Shown: positions 1 through 9,560 of the stretch, piece by piece
How positions within the stretch are numbered: position 1 is the stretch's first letter
How the letters are laid out: each line of letters opens with the position of its first letter
NCBI GenBank assembly: GCA_054661495.1
Contig: BAAFSQ010000135.1
Location: 1-26,249 of the forward strand
Direction of reading: 5' to 3'
DNA length: 26,249 bases
DNA from: Zygophlyctis sp. KS116
Taxonomy: Eukaryota; Fungi; Chytridiomycota
Notes under the pieces: model-generated
Told to the model about the DNA's origin: nothing
The model's input: only the letters and a program-made list of their open reading frames with translations
Databases searched by the model: none
Made by a program: the position numbers and the translations under genes

Positions 1-408
1 AACATCCTCAGTACTAGATACAGTGATCGCTTTCCCATTATCAATAGATTCAAGTTCAGCCAATATGCATTGATCACGTTCCATCAAATCAGCCAACTTG
101 AGCATCAATCGGGATCTAGATTTAGCAGGCACATTTTTCCATGATTTAAATGCCTCTTTTGCAGCGTCAACTGCGACATCCACATCTTCCTTATCGGCTT
201 CATAAACACTAAAAACGGACTTCCCAGTCGCAGGATTAACAGAGTCAAACATTTTTCCAGAAATTGAAGATACAAACTTGTTGTTAATGAACAATCCAGG
301 ATTTAGAGAGTAAGACTTCTCGTGAACATTGAAAGACTGGTTAGTCGTAGATTTAGTACATTTCTTCAGAACTGGAACAGCTTGATTGCTCTGAGCATCG
401 ACGATCAT
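1..408 (-). CDS. Aldehyde dehydrogenase (ALDH1/2 family), 5' part; runs off the window edge
   Basis: ATG at 408, open to position 1: MIVDAQSNQ...GLFINNKFV...SVNPATG...DVDVAVDAAKEAF..W...LADLMERD...LAELESIDNGKAITVSSTEDV, typical ALDH N-terminal motifs. Not in the ORF track. Confidence 0.9.
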   Translation of the reverse strand, partial: MIVDAQSNQAVPVLKKCTKSTTNQSFNVHEKSYSLNPGLFINNKFVSSISGKMFDSVNPATGKSVFSVYEADKEDVDVAVDAAKEAFKSWKNVPAKSRSRLMLKLADLMERDQCILAELESIDNGKAITVSSTEDV

Positions 409-999
409 TAAAGAAAAATTACAAAGCGGAACGGAAAACTAAATAGCCGCTTTATTGATAACCGACTTCAGATTTGATAATTTATGACTAATTGTCGCAT
501 ATGGAACATCAACAGATCCTGATACGGAAACAACTTTTCCGTTATCAATAGATTCAAGTTCAGCCAATATGCATTGATCACGTTCCATCAAATTAGCCAA
601 CTTGAGCATCAATCGGGATCTAGATGTGGCAGGCACATTTTTCCATGATTTAAATGCCTCTTTTGCAGCGTCAACTGCGACATCCACATCTTCCTTATCG
701 GCTTCATAAACACTAAAAACGGACTTCCCAGTCGCAGGATTAACAGAGTCAAACATTTTTCCAGAAATTGAAGATACAAACTTGTTGTTAATGAACAATC
801 CAGGATTTAGAGAGTAAGACTTCTCGTGAACATTGAAAGACTGGTTAGTCGTAGATTTAGTACATTTCTTCAGAACTGGAACAGCTTGATTGCTCTGAGC
901 ATCGACGATCATTAAAGAAAAATTACAAAGCGGAACGGAAAACTAAATAGCCGCTTTATTGATAACCGACTTCAGATTTGATAATTTATGACTAATTGT
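38..999. repeat. Direct tandem duplication, 504-bp period (38-495 vs 542-999)
   Basis: By-eye comparison: only 3 mismatches seen (90/594, 122/626, 124/628); covers the ALDH 5' CDS plus 87 bp upstream of the ATG. Confidence 0.95.
439..912 (-). pseudogene. Truncated ALDH copy; homology ends at ~496, then the frame reads into the upstream region of the other copy
   Basis: Near-identical to the 1-408 copy up to ESIDNGK; after DVPYA (~496) the sequence is the duplicated 5' flank, stop at 439. No catalytic Cys/Glu or NAD-binding region. Confidence 0.75.
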
Positions 1000-1022
1000 G
1001 ATTCCATAGCTTTTATGTTCTC

Positions 1023-1622
1023 CTAGCTTTGTACATCTTGTAGCCGATATAAAAAGAGCCAATGATTACCCACTTGTCGTCCACATACTGTTTCCCACTC
1101 GGGAATAGAGTAAGTAATTGTGACAATTCTTCGAACTTTAGGATTGAATGATAGCCATGCATTTAGTATTGGTTTGAGTAATTCTAGTCCTCTAGGCAAC
1201 AGATATAATATGATGATTGTAGACCCATTGAGATCTAGAGAATGATCAATGGTAAACATATCCTTGCATAATATTTTCAGCTCTCCTTTTTCTATAAGCT
1301 GTTGATGTGATTCACTCATGTGAGAAACTAATACAGGATCCAGTTCTACTCCAATACATAATTTGAGTGGAAGATGGTTCAACGCAGCAACAAGAATTCT
1401 TCCATCACCGCATCCCAAATCAACCAATACATCATCCGATGATAAATCTGCAAATGAAAATGCTTCTTGAATAACTGAATATGGGGCAGGAACAAACGGA
1501 GCAATAAATGGTCCTTCCAGGGGCTTGGAATTCACTATAGTTATAGGAGGGAGGGGATCAGAAGGAGTTGAATTCAGAAACCCCAATGAACTTTCATTGA
1601 AGAATGGAAGATCACCATCCAT
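1023..1622 (-). CDS. Class I SAM-dependent methyltransferase, FAM173/ATPSCKMT-like
   Basis: APFVP...DDVLVDLGCGDGRILVAA...GVELDP...DMF...IIILYLLP motifs; intronless 199 aa. Confidence 0.85.
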   Translation of the reverse strand: MDGDLPFFNESSLGFLNSTPSDPLPPITIVNSKPLEGPFIAPFVPAPYSVIQEAFSFADLSSDDVLVDLGCGDGRILVAALNHLPLKLCIGVELDPVLVSHMSESHQQLIEKGELKILCKDMFTIDHSLDLNGSTIIILYLLPRGLELLKPILNAWLSFNPKVRRIVTITYSIPEWETVCGRQVGNHWLFLYRLQDVQS

Positions 1623-4424
1623 TTACAAAACTCTTGGTATTGGACCTAGTCCGCTGATCTTTTGCCATTTGTCTAAATGGTAAATGGCAAGAAAATTACC
1701 AGGGATCGCTAAAAAATATTGATTAATGGCCTTTCTAAATCTTTTGGCATATTTTTGAGGTTCAAGAACTGTTACAGACTCATCAGATCCACCAAGGGTT
1801 TGCTTGATGGTGGACTTGCCTTTACTACATGTTATTCACGAACTAAATAAGTATACCATTCTATTCTCTTGTACCAACTATAATGACCAATAAAGTCAAC
1901 TATTCCAATAATGAGTTCATTTGTGTCAGTGTGAATTCCAACCAGTAATGAATAATCCATCACGTTTGAGGTTGATAGAAACTGAAGATCATTCTCTATT
2001 GACTCCTGGATGATATGCTTAGAGTGGCTATGAAGTTTAAAAATAGTCTTATAGTGTCCTTCAACCCAGTCATGATCAAGACCTATCGAGCATTGGGTTC
2101 TGTCTTTCTTGGGAAGTTTTCTGTCCGGAATTCCCTTCAAATCAAATTTCTTTGAAATCGGCATATTTGCAAATATGTTTTCCATGACAATTAAATCCAT
2201 TTGTACCATATTACCACTAGCCGAGTCTTTATAGGTTATATTGAAAAAGCCAAAAATCTTTGCCAATATCGAAGGCCTCCCACGATTTTCCTTCAAGTAT
2301 TTTAGATACGAGGGTGCAAATCTAAGTAATTCATCTTTTTCAGCAACTGTCCATTTACTGGCCAATTGTTTTATTACATATTTGTCATCCAAGGTTTTGA
2401 AGAAAGAAACCTGCGATTTTCCCCCTTGAGTTTTCCATGGAGAGCAACTTTCCAAAGAAAAGGGTAAAGCTTCAGCTACGCCAAAATCATTTTGCAATTC
2501 ATGAAAATCTTTGGCAAAGTATACAGTACATGAATAGCTTATATTGTTTCTTCGATAAGCTAAATTATTAGCTTAAATCGCTTGTCTTACAGTATTTAAT
2601 ATGCTGCTCGCCGTTTTTGTCGTTTTTCAAATAGTTAATTTTGATCTCATAATTTTCATTTTTCAACCACTCATTGAGAATTTTGTCCAGGGAGCCTGAT
2701 AAAATTGATTTATATTCTGATGATAAAAGAGTGAATGATATTACTGATGTTGGTTCGTCAATTCTTAAGATGATTGCATGGCCGCGTACAATATGATTCG
2801 CTACTCTAGAGTCCAGAGCGTCCAATTTGACTAAAAAATTTGGAGCAAATTCTTTGAGCCACGATTCAAAAGATTCCCGGTCCCTTCCTAAGATACTTGA
2901 GATGATGAGCCTTGTTTCGTTAATATTTGAGAATTTCATTCTTTTTAATGTCTCCAGAAGAGACTTTTCTTCCTCTAAAAATATAATCTTCATATCTTCA
3001 AGCATCATCATAATCTTTTCAGAGTCTGAGTATTTAAATGAACCCATCATCTCCTCAATACATAGCAAAATACAATCATAGAATCTTATCACGGTCTCTG
3101 AAAGCTGTTCAACTGTTTTCAATATATATTTTGAAGCTGCACCGTCTGCATTTTCGGTTTGATTTTCATTAAACTGAATTTGAGAGATTCGAACTTGGGA
3201 AAGTTGAATTTCTGTTTTTGAAAAGCTAATAATAAGATTTTTAAAACTAAATCTTCTTGTAATGCTCAGTCCAATATCACCAGTATGATTACAAGACAGT
3301 GCGGGAAAAAATGTAGTTGAATAAAAAAGCAGTTCCAAATACTTTCCAAAAGAATATAAAAGAGATTGCCGGGTTAATTTGGATTTTTGAGTACAAGAAT
3401 TGCATATAATACACTTGTCCCATGAATACACGTCCTCTACAGATCCAAGTTTATCATCCAATTCTATAGAAATTGCAATATTATATTTGTAATGTGAATA
3501 ATTTAGAATGTGTTGATTGAATAACTTTTTACACGATCCTTCTTGACACGGTGTTTTTGATTTTAAATACAATTCTTGAAAGAAACTCAATATTGTGAAA
3601 TCTGAATTTTCATTTTCAGTTTTATAATACTGAATTGTAACTGGTACTGGCAATACACAATCAATATCATTATCTGAAGATTCCATACTAACTGAACATG
3701 AAATACACTGATGTTTTACAAATGTTGAATATTGATCTGGATCCATTGTAATATATTTGAGTCCTGTTTTTGACTCTACTGACATCGACATTCTTGGTTT
3801 AGCTTTCATCCAAAAAAAGTTTTGAGAAGCTCTTTTCAGAAACAAAGAAAAGATAAAGTGTTGATTTTCCTTTTCCTTTTCTAATTCAAAGAGCTTAACC
3901 AACAAAAACGGCGGAGGAAATTTCGATCCAATAGAAGTTGAGAGTAACATATTTTCAAAATGAACCAAAGCCTCTTGTATTCCTAGACAATTCTCAGTCT
4001 CCCAAGACCATGGCAGAGGATCAGAAACTCTCTTTGCGCGTAGAATCTTGAACCATTTCTTACCACTTGTTGGTTCTTCATAATGACAATCAGAGTACAA
4101 TGCTGATTCCAGTGTAAGATGAGAAATCAAATATATCATTAAAGATCCCAATTTCTGAAGCTCACCCCTTATACAAGAATCATTAATCCCATAAATCACC
4201 CATGTCCAAGTATTATCTTTCAAAAACAGTACAGAATTAGACCAAGAACCGCTGCAGATCCATTCCCAACTATCCGATGCTTTACCAATACGATCAGACT
4301 TTAAAAGACTATAAACTCCTTCGTACACTGATGGAATTAATGAAACGATCCAAGATATCCAGAATCCATGCAATCCTTGACTTGTAGCCTGTAAAATTTG
4401 GCTTGCAAAAGACTCAACTGTCAT
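1623..4424 (-). CDS. Second Fab1/PIKfyve-like PI3P 5-kinase lacking a FYVE domain; exons 4424-2591, 2559-1857, 1824-1700, 1672-1623
   Basis: Cys-rich region ([12 protein letters not shown]), RIDEPTSVISFTL, kinase motifs [39 protein letters not shown] introns of 31, 32 and 27 nt restore HIKYS..YSCTVYFAKDF and VTVLEPQKYAKRFRKAINQYFLAIPDKW. Confidence 0.88.
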
Positions 4425-4477
4425 TTCTCAGACCTTACACTCTACCAAGGATATGTTGTATTAATACTAATAATTCT

Positions 4478-5209
4478 CTAAACATTCTTCTTTAGAAACT
4501 TTAATGATACATCTATCGCAGGAGAATGCAAAGTACATATTCCTAAACAAGTAATGAAATTTTCTGCATTTGTCCATTTAGAAGGTTTTTTAGAATTAAT
4601 ACTCTTACAGAATGCATCAAAATTTAATTCTAAATCTTGCGGACTAGAATCAGAGTCTCCAATTTGTAGTGTAATTCTATTACTAGATTCTGTATCTAAT
4701 TCCCAGTAAATAGAAGATGTAAATCTACTCAACATTCCTTCTACATCATCCGATACCATCCCTTTAGCAGGTGATGGCATAAGTCCTCTTGGTCCTAGAA
4801 ATTTCGCAACTTTAATTAGATTTGGAAAAAATTCTTTTGTGCAGAGTAGAGTATCAACTTTAATTTTTTCCTCTAAAATATCTTGAATTAGTTCTTCGCC
4901 ACCAGTAATTTGAGCACCAAATTTAAGAGCAGAGTCTGCTAATTCACCTTTAGCTAACACTGCAACAATTGAGCTTGAATTATTGTTATTAGTAATAACA
5001 CTAGGAAAATTAAATGATCCTTTAAGAGGTTTATCCCATACATTAGAAATTGTTGCTAATCCATAGACTGGTCCTTTGACTCCAAGAGAATAAAATGACA
5101 AGAGAGATTTGATTTGAGGAAAATCTGTTGATGCTTCCTTTGATTTATTTTTTTTCTTTAGTGCTTGATAAGCCTTTGTATCATAGAATCTCTTGAACAA
5201 TTGTTGCAT
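4478..5209 (-). CDS. MRPL1: Mitochondrial ribosomal protein uL1m
   Basis: VAVLAKGE..A...GA...GGEELI..I...LGPRGLMPSPAKGMV is the uL1 signature; basic N-terminus compatible with a mitochondrial presequence. Confidence 0.88.
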   Translation of the reverse strand: MQQLFKRFYDTKAYQALKKKNKSKEASTDFPQIKSLLSFYSLGVKGPVYGLATISNVWDKPLKGSFNFPSVITNNNNSSSIVAVLAKGELADSALKFGAQITGGEELIQDILEEKIKVDTLLCTKEFFPNLIKVAKFLGPRGLMPSPAKGMVSDDVEGMLSRFTSSIYWELDTESSNRITLQIGDSDSSPQDLELNFDAFCKSINSKKPSKWTNAENFITCLGICTLHSPAIDVSLKFLKKNV

Positions 5210-5348
5210 TTAGTGATTTTTAAAGTAGTGGTAGTAGTGGTGTTAGTTTGAGCGGTCTGGGCTAAGAGTGAAAAGTCTATAGGCTGATTCTTTGTTAGAA
5301 TTTTGATTTCCTTGACATTTCAATAGCCGACCTCATTAATTGCCTATA

Positions 5349-5570
5349 ATGTCCCATCCTCATGCAGAGTCCGAATACCTAGCTATTGATCACAATAAGT
5401 CTACTACTGATGGTAAAATTGAAGTTTCTGAAAATGCATTCTTTACTCCGCTACAACTGCATTCATGTCTGGATCAGTCTACAAAAATTCTAGTTTTTAA
5501 AGATGGATTAGAGAATAAAGTATTATATAAAATATCAAAGTTGCCGAATGCATCTTCTTTGTCTGTCTGA
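5349..5570 (+). CDS. Small hypothetical protein (73 aa)
   Basis: ATG-started ORF with A/T-ending codons like its neighbours, followed by AATAAA; fills the largest gap in the window. No family recognised with confidence. Confidence 0.3.
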   Translation: MSHPHAESEYLAIDHNKSTTDGKIEVSENAFFTPLQLHSCLDQSTKILVFKDGLENKVLYKISKLPNASSLSV

Positions 5571-5675
5571 ATAAATTTATTACATAATGATTAAACCGAG
5601 AGTTGTTTTAAATGATTGTAAATGACGGATAGCGGACAATTGTAAATGTGTAAATGGTGGCCATAAGTAGATAAT

Positions 5676-5714
5676 GGCCAGCGTCAACGGCCAGCGTCAA
5701 CGGCCAGCGTCAAT
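5676..5714 (+). repeat. 13-bp tandem repeat x3 (GGCCAGCGTCAAY) upstream of the Rsc9-like gene
   Basis: Read directly from the sequence. Confidence 0.95.
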
Positions 5715-5746
5715 GGGGCAGGGGAATGTCGAGGAAAAATTAAAGA

Positions 5747-7746
5747 ATGACAATCATCAATCCAGACGATGACGGCAAAGATGGTAATTCTAAACCTTAA
5801 AAGTATAGAAAAGTATTTGGCTGGAGCATGGCAGTCGAGGATTCTGCTGGCGTTGGAATCTAATTTACCAAATGAAGTGGATTGGGCATTTAACAAATTA
5901 GTGATTCTATCATTTACTCAGAATTTCTTTGTTGGTATTCTTCCAACTCTCCTAGAAAACTTGTTACTGCAAACTAAATCTCTCTTTAGTGAATTGGAAT
6001 TAAATACTTCACCTAATAATTTTGAAACTTCTTGGAAAAATGATTCAAATTGGAAGTCGGATTTCATGGATGTAGAAAAGTCTTGTGTGCTTGAAAGAAA
6101 TGCTCAAATATTTCATATTTTAACAAATTTGTCATTTATACCAGAAAATGCTCTAATATTTGCTAGAGATCATAGTCTAGTTACTTTAGTTGCAAAAGCT
6201 ATGGCTCTTCCAGAACATGAAGTGTTTATTGAAATTAAGAAATATGCTTTTGATCTATTTGAAAACTTGGCACATTTAATGGTACTACGTGGAAGGACAG
6301 ATTTTTATTATGCTTGTCTGAAGAAGGCACTATTGGGAAGTGATAGGGCCCTAATTATTATCTCTATTAGAAGTTTAATTAAACTTTTATCAGTTCCTGG
6401 AAATGATAAAAGTTTATTATTAATGGATAAAAAAGAATTGGAAAGAATTTTGGTGCTATTGTTGGTTCCAGATGAAGAATTAGTCATGGTCATTATGGAA
6501 TTTTTATATAATTTTTCAATTTTGAATGATGCAAGGGCTAAATTAGCTTCAGTTTCAAGCTTTAATATTGTAAGACTTTTATTGAAATTTGTGCATTGGA
6601 AAGGAGCAGATAAGTCAAATCGTAAAGGTATTATTTTCTTTTTAAAAATTCAAGTAGAAACAAGGCCTGCAAGTACTACGCAAAGACCTGGTGGAACTCC
6701 TGCTCAAGATCCATCAAATCCAATGTTTAATGCTGCTTTATGGTAAATATCCTGATTTTTATGTTAGGCTCACAATGCATCATGAAAAGAGTCCTGGGTC
6801 TTCTTGTGCACTTGGTGATTTTCTTGGGGCTTATGAATCCTTTTGCAGGAAAAATTCTAGGGCCTTAATACCTGTGAATGATTTGATAAAAATTGTTCAG
6901 GCCGTTTTTGGTGATGATTCATATGTTCACGGGCCAACTCCAATGCTTCGAGGATTTAGACCAAAAGCAAATTTAGTTTCTACACCACAAAATAGGATGG
7001 GTCCTCCGCCTCCAAGAGTAACTCCTTCTCCTGTGACTCCCATGGCTACAACTCCGGCCACTGTAAAGGTAGAAGAGGCTGGTAAATCAGATCAGGTGGA
7101 TAATGATGATGCAGGATCAAATTTAGATGATGGAGATGAAATGGAAATAGATCCTGCTGTTTCAACTGATCCTAAAAGTAATTGGAATTGTTTTTGGCAT
7201 TCTGATAATGGAAAGCCCTGTGATATGGACTGTGGGAGCAGAGAAGGCCTTTTTAATCATATAAAAGAGATTCATCTCAATGAATCTATAATATCTTATA
7301 CATGTATGTGGAAGGGATGTAGACGTATAGTTAATTCTTCTCGGCGCGATCAGCTTATTCAACATGTTGGAATCCATCTGTTAGAATTGTCCAAAAGTAA
7401 GGCAAATGGAGTTGCCCCACAGACTCCTAAAAGTCAGACAGCTCAAACACCCTCCAGCCAGACTTCTCACACATCTCAAGGACCTCCATCTTCGGGCACT
7501 GTCTTTTCCCGTCCTGGACTTCCTTCGATGAATAATATGGGCCTTCCTGGACAATCTGCACATATATATCCAGATATAAATGATGAATTAAGAGGTATTC
7601 CATTGACAGCTCTGTTGGTTTTAAGAAACCTAGCTCGTCATCCTGACAATCGAAGACTTTATTATCCGTTCGAGCAAACCCTGGCTGCATTGGTTGCACA
7701 GCCTCGCTTTAGCAAATTGGCTTCCAGCATTCTGGCTGAATTATAA
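5747..7746 (+). CDS. RSC9: RSC/PBAF subunit Rsc9/ARID2-like; introns 5784-5808, 6628-6654 (or 6657), 6743-6767
   Basis: RILLALESNLPNEVDWA motif, ARM-like helical region, RFX-type winged helix (WL..HHE...AY..FC), two C2H2 fingers (CFW..C..H...H; CMWKGC..H...H), C-terminal IPLTALLVLRNLAR. Confidence 0.8.
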
Positions 7747-7829
7747 TAACAATTTTCCTTAAAAAATAAATTGGAGCAAAATGAATTTATTAATTAAGAG
7801 TTCCCTGATTTCTAGATGAATAAATCTAC

Positions 7830-9527
7830 TTAGAAAGTGGTTTTAGTTCCTTGGGGACTTGCTGAAAATCCTCCACGACCACCGAAGCTACCACCTCTTG
7901 ATCCACCACGGCCACCGAAACTTCCACCTCGGCCACCAAAGCTACCACCTCTTGATCCACCACGGCCACCAAAGCTACCACCTCTTGATCCACCACGACC
8001 ACCGAAGCTACCACCTCTTGATCCACCACGGCCACCGAAACCGCCACCACGGCCACCGAAGCTACCACCACGGCCACCTTGTCTATCACCTCCACTGTTT
8101 GCAGGTCTTTCAGCTGCATAATCAAGACGAATGCTACGGCCAGCAACGTCTGCTCCATTTACTCCATCAACAGCGGACTTGGCTGTATCGATATCAGCAA
8201 ATTCAACATAACCGAAGCTAATATTAATTTAAATAAACTTACCCTTTTGGACGACCAGACTCACGATCTGTTGGTAGACGTACTGAAATAATGGCACCAT
8301 AATCGGCAAAAGTATCACGAATAATATCTTCAGTGCAATCGAAACTTAAATTTCCCATAAATAGAGTTGCAGATGGTGTAGATTGAGGGGCTTCTGCACG
8401 TCCTCCATTAGCATTATCTCTTGGAGGGCGGGGTGTGGATACATCCACACGGATTTCACGGCCATCAACATTTTGTCCTGTGAGTTCTATAGCTTTCTTT
8501 GCTGCTTCAGGGGTTGAAAACTCAACATACCCATAACCCTTTGGGCGATTAGTTCCCTTTTCGGTAATTAAACGGACAGAAGTAACTTCACCACAATCTG
8601 CAAACACTTGAGCCAAAGAGTCTTCATCCAAATTCCAGGATAGATTTCCAACAAAACAAACACAAGATTCTGCTGAAACTTCAGACTCTTCAACCTTCAT
8701 TTTTTTGGTCTCAACTTGCTGAACCTCTTCATTTGAACGCTTTTTGGTTTCCTGCTTCTTGGCATCTTCCATTTCTTCATCATCCTCTGAAGAGCTGCTA
8801 CTTGCATTATCTTCATTTTCTGATGAATCAGAACTACCATCACTGGAAGAAGCTTCATCGGCTGCGGCGGCTTTACCCTTTGATTTCTTGGGTTCAACTT
8901 TTTCTGCCTCATCATCAGAGCTAGAGCTATCATCACTGGAAGATGCAACTTCAGCAGGAGCTGGTGCAGCTTTTCCCTTTGCCTTCTTTGGTGCAACCTT
9001 TTCCTCTTCATCAGAGCTTGAGGAATCATCGCTGGATGATTCAGCTTCAACTGGGGCTGGGGCGGCTTTACCCTTTGACTTCTTTGAAGTAACTTTTTCC
9101 TCTTCATCAGAGCTGGATGAATCAGATTTAGAAACTTCCTTTTCCACTACAGCCTTCTTTGCATCAACCTTTTCATCTTCAGAAGATGAATCAGAAGAAG
9201 AAGAAGATTCCTCTACTGGAGCCTTCTTCTCAGCCACCTTTTTAGATTTTTTAGATTTCTTAACCTTTTCAACGGATGCATCAGAATCGGACGATGCTGC
9301 CGGAGTAGGAACAGGTTTCTCATTCTGGGAGGAATCCGAGTCGGAGGAATCTTGAGCCTTAATAATTTTAACTTTTTTTGCTTTTTTTTCAGCCTAAAAG
9401 TCATCAATATTTGGCATGCAAATGCATGCAAGCTTACCTTTGAAACCATTGCCTTTTTGATCTCTTTGGTTGACTTGATCTTATCGACCGATTTCTTCAC
9501 TTGCATTGAATCTTTAGTTTTTGCCAT
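7830..9527 (-). CDS. NSR1: Nucleolin-like protein Nsr1/Gar2; introns 9394-9437 (44 nt) and 8218-8242 (25 nt)
   Basis: Ser/Asp/Glu and Lys-rich N-terminal repeats, two RRMs (FVGNLSW...KGYGYVEF; LFMGNLSF...KGFGYVEF), RGG tail ending QGTKTTF. Confidence 0.95.
7872..8078 (-). repeat. Coding RGG/GAR repeat of Nsr1 (~33-bp unit, [11 protein letters not shown])
   Basis: Repeated ccaccacggccaccgaagctaccacctcttgat on the + strand. Confidence 0.9.
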
Positions 9528-9560
9528 TTTTCTTTTTTTTGATAAAAAAATTCTCTGCCC

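Noticed and set aside
5260-5345. GAAAAGTC resembling an RNase MRP/P conserved region
   Set aside because: No matching downstream CR-V element or pairing could be identified by eye.
5676-5714. Short repeats as a CRISPR array or transposon ends
   Set aside because: Head-to-tail with no spacers, eukaryotic context, and no cas, transposase or terminal inverted repeats.
7826-8221. Pro-rich, His-rich and Val-rich ORFs (7837+, 7859+, 7826-)
   Set aside because: Alternative and antisense frames of the Nsr1 RGG repeat, open because of low complexity.
8697-9355. Long overlapping ORFs (8744-9355 +, 8697-9107 -)
   Set aside because: Shadow frames of the Ser/Glu/Lys-rich Nsr1 N-terminus.
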